DNA from: an uncultured Oligoflexia bacterium
GTDB lineage: Bacteria; Bdellovibrionota; UBA1018; CAYHWW01
Direction of reading: 5' to 3'
Length of the DNA: 64,000 bases
NCBI GenBank assembly: GCA_964475985.1
Contig: CAYYYP010000005.1
Span: forward strand, 15,269 to 79,268
Part shown: positions 1-9,665 of the stretch, one piece after another
How positions within the stretch are numbered: the first letter of the stretch is position 1
Layout: each line of letters begins with the position of its first letter
The notes under the pieces: generated by a model
The model's input: only the letters and a program-made list of their open reading frames with translations
Database searches by the model: none
Told to the model about the DNA's origin: nothing
Translations under genes and position numbers: made by a program

Positions 1-538
1 GCTCGGACTTTCCGTCCACCACCTCTTCATTAGCAAGTACGGTTTTTAGGCCCGGGCACCAGTTCACCGGCACTTCCTTTTGGTAGGCTAGGCCTTTTTC
101 GTAAAGCTTAGTGAATATAAACTGGGTCCATTTATAGTAGGAAGGATCGCAAGTCGAAATTTCCGCTGACCAATCGTAACTTAAGCCTAGGCGTTTTAAT
201 TGGGCCGTAAAATTTGCGATGGCCTTTTTTGTGGTGATAGCTGGGTGCACACCGGTTTGCAGCGCATACTGCTCAGCCGGAAGCCCAAAGGCGTCCCACC
301 CCATGGGGTGAAGGACCTGGAAACCGCGGGTGCGTTTGTACCGAGCAAGAATATCGGAGGCTGTGTAGCCTTCAACGTGGCCCACATGAAGGCCTGAGCT
401 ACTGGGATAAGGAAACATATCCAATACATAATATTTGGGCTTAGCGCTGGGAGTTTTATCTACGGCAAAGGTTTGGTTTTTTTCCCAGTACTGCTGCCAT
501 TTTTGTTCGATGCTCGCAAAAGGATAGGAGGAACTCAT
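1..538 (-). CDS. leuS: leucyl-tRNA synthetase, N-terminal part. The gene runs off the window edge. The start ATG is at 538-536 on the complement.
   Basis: Manual translation gives [24 protein letters not shown]...[29 protein letters not shown]...[17 protein letters not shown]...[21 protein letters not shown]. These are the class I HIGH-region and editing-domain motifs typical of LeuS. The frame is open to position 1. Confidence 0.85.
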   Translation of the reverse strand, partial: MSSSYPFASIEQKWQQYWEKNQTFAVDKTPSAKPKYYVLDMFPYPSSSGLHVGHVEGYTASDILARYKRTRGFQVLHPMGWDAFGLPAEQYALQTGVHPAITTKKAIANFTAQLKRLGLSYDWSAEISTCDPSYYKWTQFIFTKLYEKGLAYQKEVPVNWCPGLKTVLANEEVVDGKSE

Positions 539-717
539 AGGTTTCACACCTACCTGAGGAGCTTAGCCCCTGTAAAAATAAATCTATTTTGGGCGGCCTT
601 CCGGAAGTTCCTGCCTAGGTTCATTTTTCTTCTTAAATTTACACGAGAAAAAGCCGCAATGGTTCATACCAAGCCATTTTTCATCAATTGATTTCGCTAA
701 AAAGGAACTAAAAGTTT

Positions 718-1098
718 ATGCCCCCCGTGCAGTCGTTAAGCTTCTTTGAACTCTTCTTCCTGCTCATAGCCGGGCACGCGGTAGGTGATTTTGCCCTTCA
801 AAATGAATGGGTCGCCGTGAATAAGAATCGCCACGCCCGGGATAAATTCCCGTTAGAAAAGCAGGAAAAAATGCTGGTCATTTGGCCCCATATTCTTACG
901 GCCCATGCGCTGCACCATGCATTTCTCATTTTTTTGATCACCCACAATGCAACGGTCTCCATCGCAGAGGCAGTGGTGCACTGGATTACGGATTTCGGTA
1001 AAAACGAAGACTGGTACGATTTTCATATCGATCAGTACATCCACATCGGCATGAAGCTCGTGTGGGCTTACTTACTCAAAGCGGGGTTTTTCTCCTAA
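718..1098 (+). CDS. DUF3307-like small membrane protein
   Basis: 126 aa with hydrophobic helices and an HxxGDFxLQ-type motif (AGHAVGDFALQN). I recognise the family pattern only. Confidence 0.45.
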   Translation: MPPVQSLSFFELFFLLIAGHAVGDFALQNEWVAVNKNRHARDKFPLEKQEKMLVIWPHILTAHALHHAFLIFLITHNATVSIAEAVVHWITDFGKNEDWYDFHIDQYIHIGMKLVWAYLLKAGFFS

Positions 1099-1220
1099 TG
1101 GGTAGGCAGAGCAGATTCAACCCCGGCAAATTCTTCACCTTTCCTTTTTTGCTGCATCGCAACAAAATATACCTAAGAGAGGGACTGCACCTTTACGTTG
1201 CAATCAACCGCGCATTCCAT

Positions 1221-2393
1221 ATGATCCCCTTACTTTTAAGTATTTTTCTATTCTCCACGTTAGCTCAGAGTGAATCGTTTCCAGGGCTTAACGAACCCAC
1301 CCGGCCATTAGTTTGCAGACCCATCGCGGTTTCAAATCAGTCTCTTCCCGAGCTGTGCACGCCCGAATCCTTTCGCGAAGAATTGGTGAGCTACCTTAAC
1401 CATGGTGAAATTTACTTTTTAAATGCCGTTCGTTTTCTTGATCGCGTAGAACTTGACCCCAACGTAGCCCAACCTGTGTTCCTCATCGGTAATGGAAAAA
1501 GTGTTTTGCGCATGAACCCCTATGTGCGCATCCGGGATGCCAAAGATTTACCGCAAACCCTCGCCCCAAGGCTTCGTCTCATTGAAGCGTCCAAGGAAAT
1601 CAAAGCAGAGTTTGAACGGCTTAAAACAAAGACTGAATTCACGCCGGTGAATTTAGAGATTAGCATGAAGGACTTTCTTGATTCTCCGTTCATCATGGAA
1701 AAGCGCGAGCATCATTTTGCCGATAAAATAGTTCCCGAAACTCCAAAGCCCATTCAGATGGCCCTAGCGTCCCAGCCTTATTCGCAAAGTATGATCATCC
1801 CGGCCAGTGACACCCAGGGTTTAGCGCAGTGCCGAACCACTTTGTCCCAACTCATCGATGCCAAGGAACGCCTTGAGAATAAAGTTTCGGCCATTAAAAA
1901 AGATTTGGTCACCGTGGAGACCGCCGCAGAAAAGGCTATCCGTCCCCTCCAAAGTGGCCTTGCTGAAGAAGAATTAAATCCCCGCGAGGCAGCCCAGAAA
2001 TTAAATTCAAGGGAACTGGCCTCAAGCGAAGCAAACGATTGCCGCCGTTGCGGGGATGTCGTTCAGTTTTGTCAGAAGCAAGGCACGCTCCCCGTAGTTT
2101 CTCAGGTGAGCCTTGAGAATTGCCGTTTTGCCTTACGTTTCCCCACTTGTACCCAAAGCCTCCCGGCCTCCCTTAGGTTAAAAGTTGAAGGCTGCAAAGG
2201 GACACCACCGGTTACACTGCTAACGAAATACCGTTTTGAAGAGGTTCAGACCCGCAAACAGATCGCCATGCTGGCAAAAAAAATTAGAGATACCGACGCC
2301 CAGTGTACCCACTTAGTGCCGGACGCTGAGCTTGAGTCCTCCACCGACGAGGCTGAAACCACTCCCGTGGCCGAGCAAACCGAGCCTAATTAA
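1221..2393 (+). CDS. hypothetical secreted protein, Cys-containing
   Basis: The long ORF begins at a GTG at 1062, but the ATG at 1221 gives a classic signal peptide, MIPLLLSIFLFSTLAQSES. No recognisable domain. Confidence 0.45.
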   Translation: MIPLLLSIFLFSTLAQSESFPGLNEPTRPLVCRPIAVSNQSLPELCTPESFREELVSYLNHGEIYFLNAVRFLDRVELDPNVAQPVFLIGNGKSVLRMNPYVRIRDAKDLPQTLAPRLRLIEASKEIKAEFERLKTKTEFTPVNLEISMKDFLDSPFIMEKREHHFADKIVPETPKPIQMALASQPYSQSMIIPASDTQGLAQCRTTLSQLIDAKERLENKVSAIKKDLVTVETAAEKAIRPLQSGLAEEELNPREAAQKLNSRELASSEANDCRRCGDVVQFCQKQGTLPVVSQVSLENCRFALRFPTCTQSLPASLRLKVEGCKGTPPVTLLTKYRFEEVQTRKQIAMLAKKIRDTDAQCTHLVPDAELESSTDEAETTPVAEQTEPN

Positions 2394-2455
2394 GGCCTAG
2401 TGACCCAATCTTCTTGGTGACTAAAAAGCTGATTTTGGTGTACGGTTCGCTTCAT

Positions 2456-3061
2456 ATGAAAACAGTAACCGAATTTCCCGGAGTCGTGCTTCGTCAGATT
2501 GATCAGAAAAAAAAGGATCTGCTTTCCAGCGGAACGACCGAGGAACAACTTCCTGAAGCCCTAACGGCCGCATTTAAAATTGAAGGCGATCGCCTCATGC
2601 ACCTCATGCGTGCCCTCACTCAATCTGGAGAACGCCTACCTCGCGTCAGTCGCGTACGAGTTTTCAGCATTGAAGATGAAACCAAAGCCCCCCAGGGCGC
2701 GCAAAAAGAAGGTGATCATTTCTATTTGATCGAACAAATCAATGCGCCCGAGAAAAAGCCAAGTCGTGATGACGACCGCAAAGGCGGACGCGATAAAAAA
2801 GGTGGAAAACGCTCAAAAGGACGTGATGGCGGCGGAAGAAGCGGCGAACGCAGTGGTGGCCCAGGCCAAGGTCCCGCTCGTGGCCCTAGCGCAGCAGGTC
2901 GGGAGCGTAGCGGCCCTCCAGGGCTCATCCCCATGGTTACGGGAAATGCCCCAGCCCCATTGCCTAAACCTATAACCGCTTCCGCGCCCCAATCTTCATC
3001 AAATGATTCAGCCGAAGTTCAAAATCCAGCAGCTGCTGCTTCAGAAGAGAGCGCTTCCTAA
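2456..3061 (+). CDS. hypothetical protein with an RG/RGG/K-rich low-complexity C-terminal half
   Basis: The ORF runs 2414-3061 from a TTG. The first ATG is at 2456. The C-terminal half reads GGRDKKGGKRSKGRDGGGRSGERSGGPGQGPARG and is disordered and basic. An alternative frame (2742-2975) is also open across the repeat region, so the frame through that region is less certain. Confidence 0.4.
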   Translation: MKTVTEFPGVVLRQIDQKKKDLLSSGTTEEQLPEALTAAFKIEGDRLMHLMRALTQSGERLPRVSRVRVFSIEDETKAPQGAQKEGDHFYLIEQINAPEKKPSRDDDRKGGRDKKGGKRSKGRDGGGRSGERSGGPGQGPARGPSAAGRERSGPPGLIPMVTGNAPAPLPKPITASAPQSSSNDSAEVQNPAAAASEESAS

Positions 3062-3093
3062 ACTAGGGAAAAGTTTTCTAGCGCGGATTAAAA

Positions 3094-3139
3094 TAAAAAA
3101 AGCTCATTTTGAAATTCAATCAAAATGAGCTTTTTTTTG
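3094..3139. terminator. bidirectional rho-independent terminator between convergent genes
   Basis: A perfect 12-bp stem, agctcattttga / tcaaaatgagct, around a 7-nt loop. It is flanked by an A-run upstream and a T-run (tttttttt) downstream. Confidence 0.6.
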
Positions 3140-3168
3140 CCTCTTCTTTTAAAAAAACTAATCAGAAA

Positions 3169-3891
3169 CTAAAGAGTATCCTCTTCAATTTCTTCAGAAT
3201 CATCTTCAAGAATTTCTTCGTCTTCTGGGCTTGGCGGAACATAACCCTGCGCCGGACGGATGATTCTTTTTAGAATATCCACGTGGGAAGCATCCCAAAG
3301 CTCACCACGCCTTTGGCCCTCGGGCTGAACGATCATGGCACGACCATTGGTGCCGTAGTCATTCACAAACTTACCTAACCTTCCACCTTTTCGGTCCCAG
3401 ACGATGTCGCCAGGATAACGCATTTGATCGGCGGGAACTTTCATGAGGGCAGGAACCGCCGTAACGGGACCTGCAGCGTCTTCATATTCTTCTGCTTTCA
3501 CGCCGAGCCGTGTGACATCAATCTTTTTTGGAGGTGCTTTAGGTGTCCATGCCTTCGGGGGCGGAGCAGCTACGGCTGGCTGAGCTCCGGGAGGGCCCGC
3601 GGGACGGGTTGGAGCGCCACCAAAACCTGGTCGCACAGGACCCGTGGGTTGGACAACGGCCGCTGGTTTGGTTACCGCTGGGGATTTTTTGGCTGCCACA
3701 TCTTTTCCATTTTTAGTGTCGGCGGATTTTGCCGAGGTGAGTCTGGACTTAGCCGTTTTTGAGGTGTCCTTGGCGGAAGCTTTATGGGACTTCGCGTCTA
3801 CTTTAATCGGCTTTTTAGGCGCCGATTTTCCCGTATTTTTTGCAGTTTGCTTTGTAGGCATGAAATCCTTATCCCTGCGCATTGAATGCAC
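3169..3891 (-). CDS. hypothetical protein. It has a Lys/Ala/Ser-rich histone-H1-like N-terminal tail, a Pro-rich linker, a C-terminal globular part and an acidic tail.
   Basis: 240 aa. The N-terminus reads KSAPKKPIKVDAKSHKASAKDTSKTAKSR... and the C-terminus ends EDEEILEDDSEEIEEDTL. The start could instead be MPTKQ (3861). Confidence 0.45.
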   Translation of the reverse strand: MHSMRRDKDFMPTKQTAKNTGKSAPKKPIKVDAKSHKASAKDTSKTAKSRLTSAKSADTKNGKDVAAKKSPAVTKPAAVVQPTGPVRPGFGGAPTRPAGPPGAQPAVAAPPPKAWTPKAPPKKIDVTRLGVKAEEYEDAAGPVTAVPALMKVPADQMRYPGDIVWDRKGGRLGKFVNDYGTNGRAMIVQPEGQRRGELWDASHVDILKRIIRPAQGYVPPSPEDEEILEDDSEEIEEDTL

Positions 3892-3994
3892 GTCAACTGA
3901 AAAGAATCAGGATTTTAGCTAACCCCCAGGTAAAAGCTACTGCCTTTATTTTCCCCTTCAACCGGCCGATCCCTGGAAGGTCAGGTGGGAAATC

Positions 3995-5467
3995 ATGAAC
4001 AACGACAAAGCGGCAAGCCTTAAAGAGCTTCTGAAGTCCATTCTTAACTCCTTTATGGACCTTTGCGAGTGCGACGGCGGCGCTATTTTTACTCTAAAGA
4101 CCATAGATGGCCAGCCGCACTTGGTATTTGAAGCAATGATCACCCGAAGCATTCACCTCTCCTCCGTGCCAAGCCATTTGCAAAATCTTAATTTTCACCT
4201 CAATAGTACAAGTTTAGTTTCAAAGACTGCCAGGGATCGCGCCCTTTTGAACGTACCTACGGACCAAATCAAAAAACACGTTTCAAAGACTGTCGATCAG
4301 ATTTTAAACTATGAAACTAAAAACATGCTTTCGGCACCCCTCGTCACCCCGCGGGGTGATTTGGTAGGTGTAGTTCAGCTTTTGAATAAAATCCCACCGC
4401 CGCAAAAAGCGAATGCAAATTTTGACCGCCGGGATGAAAGGTTTTGCAACATCATGGCCGGTCAGGCGGCCTTAGCCATCGAGAACAGCCTTTTACTGGT
4501 AGAGCAAGAAAACCTTCTCGACGGATTTGTGCAGGCTTGCGTAACCGCCATTGAATCAAGGGATCCGGTAACCTCAGGGCACAGTAACCGCGTTTGCAAT
4601 TACACGGTCACCCTTGCGGAGGCGGTAAACCGCGCCCATACCGGCAGCCTTAAGGATCTAAATTTTTCTCCTCAGCAAATTCGGGAGATCAGATACGCCG
4701 CCATGCTTCATGACGTTGGAAAAATTTCCGTTAAAGAGGCTGTTCTTAACAAAGAAAAAAAACTTCACGCTTGGGAATTAGAACTCATTCGTATGCGCCT
4801 GAAACTTATGCGGGCTTCACTTCTGGTAAATCCTTCCGCAAATCGCGGAATCATTACCGCGCAAAATGGCCCAATTGACGTGCAGAAAAAAATCAAAAGT
4901 TTAGAAAGTGCTTGGGAGCTTATTTCCAAAGCGAACGAACCGACAATTTTAGCGGAAAACGCATCATCCCAGCTGGAGGATTTATTATCGATCTGTGTTG
5001 AAGGATTTGATGGCGAAAATCTTTTGGCGCTGACGAATGATGAGAAATTTAGATTATCCATTCCAAAGGGGTCCCTCACAAAGGAAGAGCGCCTAGAAAT
5101 TGAACGGCATGTGACCCATACCTACGAAATCCTAAAAATGGTGCCGTGGAGCAAGGGCCTTGAAGCGGTGCCAGAAATTGCGTTTAAGCATCATGAAAAA
5201 TTAGACGGCACCGGTTACCCCCATCACTGTCCCTCACATTCCATCCCCCTTCAAAGCCGAATGCTTAGCATTTGCGATATTTACGACGCCCTAACGGCCG
5301 ATGATCGTCCCTACAAACGGGCGCTGCCCGCCGAACGAGCATTGGATATCCTATCAAACGAAGTGAAGTCGGGAAAACTTGACCAAGACCTCTTCACTTT
5401 ATTTTTAGAGGCGAAGGTTTTTGAAACCTATACATGGGCCGATAAAAAGGATCGCAAAGCCGCCTAA
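3995..5467 (+). CDS. GAF domain / HD-GYP domain c-di-GMP phosphodiesterase
   Basis: 490 aa with a GAF-like N-terminal half. It carries the HD motif AAMLHDVGKI and the GYP motif HHEKLDGTGYP. Confidence 0.8.
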   Translation: MNNDKAASLKELLKSILNSFMDLCECDGGAIFTLKTIDGQPHLVFEAMITRSIHLSSVPSHLQNLNFHLNSTSLVSKTARDRALLNVPTDQIKKHVSKTVDQILNYETKNMLSAPLVTPRGDLVGVVQLLNKIPPPQKANANFDRRDERFCNIMAGQAALAIENSLLLVEQENLLDGFVQACVTAIESRDPVTSGHSNRVCNYTVTLAEAVNRAHTGSLKDLNFSPQQIREIRYAAMLHDVGKISVKEAVLNKEKKLHAWELELIRMRLKLMRASLLVNPSANRGIITAQNGPIDVQKKIKSLESAWELISKANEPTILAENASSQLEDLLSICVEGFDGENLLALTNDEKFRLSIPKGSLTKEERLEIERHVTHTYEILKMVPWSKGLEAVPEIAFKHHEKLDGTGYPHHCPSHSIPLQSRMLSICDIYDALTADDRPYKRALPAERALDILSNEVKSGKLDQDLFTLFLEAKVFETYTWADKKDRKAA

Positions 5468-5471
5468 AAAA

Positions 5472-6419
5472 TCATTTAGGAGCTGCCGTACCAAAGGCTT
5501 CCCCAAGCTTTAAAAAAACTTCCATGCCCTTTTGCGAGTGTTCCAAAACATCGGAATCCACCGTAAGTGCGCCCGGCGCAAACAGCAACAGAACAGTAGA
5601 CGCACCAAAGGTGAAGTAGCCCTTTTCTTGTCCTCGGCTAAAGTGCCTTGAATTTTTTTTACGGTAACTTTGATGAATGCGGCCAACGCAGAGGGCGCCA
5701 ACTTCTATGTAGAGAACTTTGCCAAAACTCTTAGTTTGTAAAAGGGTCATTTCCCGTTCGTTGTCTTCAAAAATGGTGGGCCGCTTCACCATGGCAATGG
5801 GATTTACCGAGTGTAATGCGCCTTCAATGCGTTGCGACTGGATTACTTCGCCATCATCAAAAAAATGAAAGCGATGGTAATCCACGGGACAAAGCCTCGC
5901 CACAACCAGGGTACCTCCAGAAAATAATGAGAAGAGGTCCTTGCGTTCACCAAGAAGTCGTTTCAGCGATAGTTTGGTATCGCCCTTAACGGAAGCCGGT
6001 AGGTACGCGCTTGCCGTAATTTTTTCGGTGATTAAGTAACGAGCTTCGGCCGGAGCGCCAAGTCGCGCGGGCTCCTTTGGGTAGGACCGCATTCCTGGCC
6101 TAAATTTTCGAATGAAAAAATCGTTAAAGGAACTAAAGCCATTAGGCGGCACCTCATATTGTGACACGGGAATTTCAAAAGCCTCAATGAAACTCTCGAT
6201 GCGAGCGCGACTAAAACTTGAGTCGTTGTACAACCCGTACAGATGGCTCAAAGGTTTCCTACTCAAGAGGGCGCGCTCTAATATATATCCAGGCTTAGTT
6301 TGATAAAGGAATCTTACACCATCACCGCCATAAACTTTTTCCTCCCGAATCATTTGATGACTTCGGTCAAAAAAGTGGATGGCATCGGTAGGCGAAGAGA
6401 TTGCTGGGAAAAGAGGCAT
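5472..6419 (-). CDS. psd: phosphatidylserine decarboxylase proenzyme
   Basis: Motifs FSSFNDFFIRKFRP, LCPVDYHRFHFF and the C-terminal G-S-T cleavage/pyruvoyl motif (FGASTV). The chosen start is MPLF (ATG at 6419), which has an AGGA 8 nt upstream. The longer ORF to 6746 has an implausible, W-rich N-terminal extension. Confidence 0.8.
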   Translation of the reverse strand: MPLFPAISSPTDAIHFFDRSHQMIREEKVYGGDGVRFLYQTKPGYILERALLSRKPLSHLYGLYNDSSFSRARIESFIEAFEIPVSQYEVPPNGFSSFNDFFIRKFRPGMRSYPKEPARLGAPAEARYLITEKITASAYLPASVKGDTKLSLKRLLGERKDLFSLFSGGTLVVARLCPVDYHRFHFFDDGEVIQSQRIEGALHSVNPIAMVKRPTIFEDNEREMTLLQTKSFGKVLYIEVGALCVGRIHQSYRKKNSRHFSRGQEKGYFTFGASTVLLLFAPGALTVDSDVLEHSQKGMEVFLKLGEAFGTAAPK

Positions 6420-6491
6420 GAATTTAGTCCTAAGGGCTTTCAAGTTTTTACGTTGCCGAACACCGAAAGATATTTCTACACTAAAGAACGA

Positions 6492-6929
6492 ATGATCAAA
6501 TTGAACTACGCACTGCTCGCCCATGGCATCTCCATAGATAAAACCACCGGCTCCCTTACACTTTACAGTGTTCTTGAGGATATTCACATTCCTAAAGAAA
6601 GGTTGCCCATCGTCATCCCGGAAATTTTTTTCGTGGGTTCCTTTACGAAGCTTGATCCAAAACTTGAGGCCATGGACTTCAACTTGGAATACATTCTGCC
6701 AGACGGCGAGGTTCACCCCGTAAGCTCCGGTACGGCGCAATTTCACCCTCAGGCAAATAAACTGCTGTTTAACGTGCGGTTTAACGGGTTTCCCATAAAA
6801 GATATCGGCCGAAATAAATTTCGCATTACTTGGTGGTGGGGAGGCGCTCGCTCTGAAGCCAATGAAGCAAGCTTTGAACTTTTCATCGACGTCATTGCCG
6901 TGGCGGAAATCGCGCAGCTTAAAAATTAA
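6492..6929 (+). CDS. hypothetical protein
   Basis: 145 aa from the ATG at 6492 (the ORF is open from 6300). The composition looks like a natural protein (MIKLNYALLAHGISIDKTTGSLTLYSV...). No domain recognised. It is divergent from psd and converges on topA. Confidence 0.35.
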   Translation: MIKLNYALLAHGISIDKTTGSLTLYSVLEDIHIPKERLPIVIPEIFFVGSFTKLDPKLEAMDFNLEYILPDGEVHPVSSGTAQFHPQANKLLFNVRFNGFPIKDIGRNKFRITWWWGGARSEANEASFELFIDVIAVAEIAQLKN

Positions 6930-6932
6930 TTT

Positions 6933-9620
6933 TTAGGTGGGAGGAATTTCGGAAAGGGCCGCATTCATTTGGCGGCGTTTAACTTCCGCCACCAATAGCT
7001 CTGCTCCATAATCGCTGACCACTAATGCACCTTCCGATGGCCTAAACCGCAATGCGTCATGCGTAATGCATTCATCGATTAAACTTTGCACCTGGTTCAC
7101 TGTCATATCCTTAAATACACCAAAGCTTTTCAGCCCGGTTAATGGCACACCCTGCCAGCCGGAAATCTCTGCGCGTAAAAAACCACAAAGCGCTTCACCG
7201 GAGAAACGAGACCCCAAAGGAAAGGGTATAACACCCTGCTTTGGCAAACCGTTGAGTCGCGCAATAGCGCCTAAAACTACCCAGTGCTGATCCGTGAGCG
7301 TAAAGGGCGGCTTGATGGTTTTATACGCAGCTTCTCTCACCGGTTTAACGGGGGCCGGCGTGCGGGACGCACTGGCCGTTGACCCCTGAGCTTGCTTTTT
7401 GAATGAGCCAGTCGCGGCCCCCGGCAGCTCCCACTCCCCCGTTTCCCGGTTCCGGAAAACCACCACGTCTTTTTGATCAGGGTGCTGAGAGGTCCTAGTG
7501 CATTTCAGAAAGTTTCCGCCCTTTACTTTTTTAGACGGCACTTTTTCCATTTCAGATTGGCAAGCCGGACACTTAAAACTTGAGAAATCCTGATACCACG
7601 CAATGTCTTCACAACCCGGGTGGGTGCACTTCCAATATAATTTTTTGTTTTTAGAAATTCTGAGGTCAAGGGCGCCGTGCCCCTGAGTGCAGAGCGGTAA
7701 TGCGCCGGCCTTTTTCGCCTTTTTATAGCCTTTTTCAAGCAGGAGCTGGAGATTTTCCGGAAGCTCTGAGTGGGGCTTCCAAGACGTCATGCCTTCTGAT
7801 TTTTCTTCCGAAAAAAAACCTCTCGGTTTTTGTTCTGGCGGGTTTGCCGCATTGCTTAAAATTTCAGTCTTAAAATCTTCATAAAAATCTTTCAAATATT
7901 GTGACCAATCCCTTTTGCCTTCGGCAATTTCATCTAAGCTATCTTCCATCCTCGCCGTGAATTCTACATTCACGAGGCGAGAAACATTTTGCATGAGAAA
8001 TTCGTCGCATTTAAGGCCAAGGGGAGTTGGAAGAAGCAGTGACTTTTCAAGTACAACGTATTCACGCTCTTTAATGGTCTTGATGGTGGAAGCGTAAGTA
8101 CTAGGCCGCCCCACCCCCTTTGCCTCCATTAATTGAATCAGTTTAGCTTCGGAATACCGCGGCGGTGGTTGCGTTTTTCGTTCTTCATCCGAAATTTTTT
8201 CTACGGATAGATTTTGTTTTTCTTTAAGCCCTGACGGCAAGAGAACGTCTTCGTCGGCGTAATCCCAGAACTTTTGCCAACCATCAAATACCATCCGGCT
8301 TCCGAGGGCCTCAAGTAGGTAGACATCAGCGCCTATGGAAATCGTTGTTTTGGCCACCCGGCTCGCGGTTGCCTGGCAGGCCATGGTGCGCTTCCAAATC
8401 AGTTCATAAAGTTTAAGCTGATCAGCGTCTAACGTTGCGTTGGCATTGGCTGGCAAAAAATCCATTTTGCTGGGACGAATGGCTTCGTGGGCCTCTTGGG
8501 CCGCACCCTTAGCTGCAAATACATTTGGTTTATCCGGTAAATACTCAACCCCGGCAAGTTTGAGTTGGGCGCGAATGGCTTCCACCGCTTCGGCGCTCAG
8601 GGAAGGTGAGTCCGTTCGCATGTAAGTAATGTGCCCCGCCTCATAGAGGTCTTGAGCTAAACGCATACTGCGTTCAGGAGAAAATCTAAGCCTTGAAGAA
8701 GCGTATTGCTGCAAAGTACTGGTGACAAAAGGTGGCGGTGCGCGCCTTACTTGCTCTTCGTCTTTTATGGATTCGATGATGTGGGTATGAGCTTTAAGCT
8801 TAGCCAATATTTCGACAACTTCTTCGCGAGAGAATAAGCGACCGACATCCTTGGTTTTGGAATCCTTGGCATCAGAAGGGCTGCCATGACTTTCGTCGAT
8901 TTGCGGTATGGATTTAGGCACGGGGTTTTTAAGGCCTACGAACTGCGCCTCAAGTCCGCCCTGGTACAGCGCCTTAATGACCCAGTAGGTTTTAGCCTCA
9001 AATTTTAGCCTCTCGCGCTCACGCTCACACACAAAATGCAAAGCAATGGATTGGACCCGGCCAGCACTTTTTCCGCCAGTGCTGGCTTTAAGCATCGGAC
9101 TTACTTCAAAACCCACAAGCTTATCCAAGCACTGCCTTGCCCTTTGGGCTTCAATGAGGTGGTCGTTGAGAGTTCTTGGATTAGCGAGGGCTTCTTTGAG
9201 TGCCCGGGCGGTGATTTGTGTAAATTGAATCCGTTTAAAATTTTTCGGACTTAATTTGAGAAGCCTTGCGATATGCCAAGCGATGGCCTCGCCCTCTCGG
9301 TCCGGGTCCATGGCGAGTAAAATCGCACCCTCTTGTTTAGGTATGGAGGCGCACACTTGTTTTAATTTAGCTAAAGTTTTTTGGGCCCGCGCGTCACGAA
9401 GCTCGTAATCACAATGAACACCACTCTCTTCGAACTGAAATCCCCAGCGCTTAGGACCGGAGTTGGCAAGCGCCGTAAGGTGGCCGATGCTGGCCTCCAC
9501 ACTCCACTGAGTGGCATCTGGGGCATGAGCCTGCCTTCCTTCCGCTTCGCTTAATTGGGAAAGAATTTTTTTCAGCGTTTTTAATTTTCCGGGGCTTTCA
9601 ACAATGAGCAGTCGTTTCAT
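6933..9620 (-). CDS. topA: DNA topoisomerase I
   Basis: 895 aa. It starts MKRLLIVESPGKLKTLKKIL (TOPRIM) and has the type IA core plus C-terminal CxxC zinc-ribbon repeats (CTHPGC...CPAC). It also carries a roughly 150-aa C-terminal extension of unknown type. Confidence 0.9.
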   Translation of the reverse strand: MKRLLIVESPGKLKTLKKILSQLSEAEGRQAHAPDATQWSVEASIGHLTALANSGPKRWGFQFEESGVHCDYELRDARAQKTLAKLKQVCASIPKQEGAILLAMDPDREGEAIAWHIARLLKLSPKNFKRIQFTQITARALKEALANPRTLNDHLIEAQRARQCLDKLVGFEVSPMLKASTGGKSAGRVQSIALHFVCERERERLKFEAKTYWVIKALYQGGLEAQFVGLKNPVPKSIPQIDESHGSPSDAKDSKTKDVGRLFSREEVVEILAKLKAHTHIIESIKDEEQVRRAPPPFVTSTLQQYASSRLRFSPERSMRLAQDLYEAGHITYMRTDSPSLSAEAVEAIRAQLKLAGVEYLPDKPNVFAAKGAAQEAHEAIRPSKMDFLPANANATLDADQLKLYELIWKRTMACQATASRVAKTTISIGADVYLLEALGSRMVFDGWQKFWDYADEDVLLPSGLKEKQNLSVEKISDEERKTQPPPRYSEAKLIQLMEAKGVGRPSTYASTIKTIKEREYVVLEKSLLLPTPLGLKCDEFLMQNVSRLVNVEFTARMEDSLDEIAEGKRDWSQYLKDFYEDFKTEILSNAANPPEQKPRGFFSEEKSEGMTSWKPHSELPENLQLLLEKGYKKAKKAGALPLCTQGHGALDLRISKNKKLYWKCTHPGCEDIAWYQDFSSFKCPACQSEMEKVPSKKVKGGNFLKCTRTSQHPDQKDVVVFRNRETGEWELPGAATGSFKKQAQGSTASASRTPAPVKPVREAAYKTIKPPFTLTDQHWVVLGAIARLNGLPKQGVIPFPLGSRFSGEALCGFLRAEISGWQGVPLTGLKSFGVFKDMTVNQVQSLIDECITHDALRFRPSEGALVVSDYGAELLVAEVKRRQMNAALSEIPPT

Positions 9621-9665
9621 ATGTGGTTTACAAAAACATTCATACCGTGAAAGAGTCTATCCCAC

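Noticed and set aside
473-691. 72-aa plus-strand ORF just upstream of DUF3307
   Set aside because: It lies across the leuS start/promoter region. It is rich in F/L/R with no signal of a real protein. I treat it as a likely spurious ORF.
2742-2975. Alternative open frame through the RG-rich repeat of the 2456-3061 gene
   Set aside because: Low-complexity GC-rich repeats often leave several frames open. The main frame is continuous from a plausible start, so there is no evidence for a separate gene.
6420-6746. N-terminal 110-codon extension of the psd ORF
   Set aside because: The translation is unnatural (W/F/K-rich, no homology). The Psd-conserved region begins at the downstream ATG, which has an RBS. 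The region overlaps a more plausible plus-strand gene.
7066-9254. Several 60-74-aa ORFs antisense to, or out of frame within, topA
   Set aside because: These are shadow ORFs inside a well-supported 895-aa gene.
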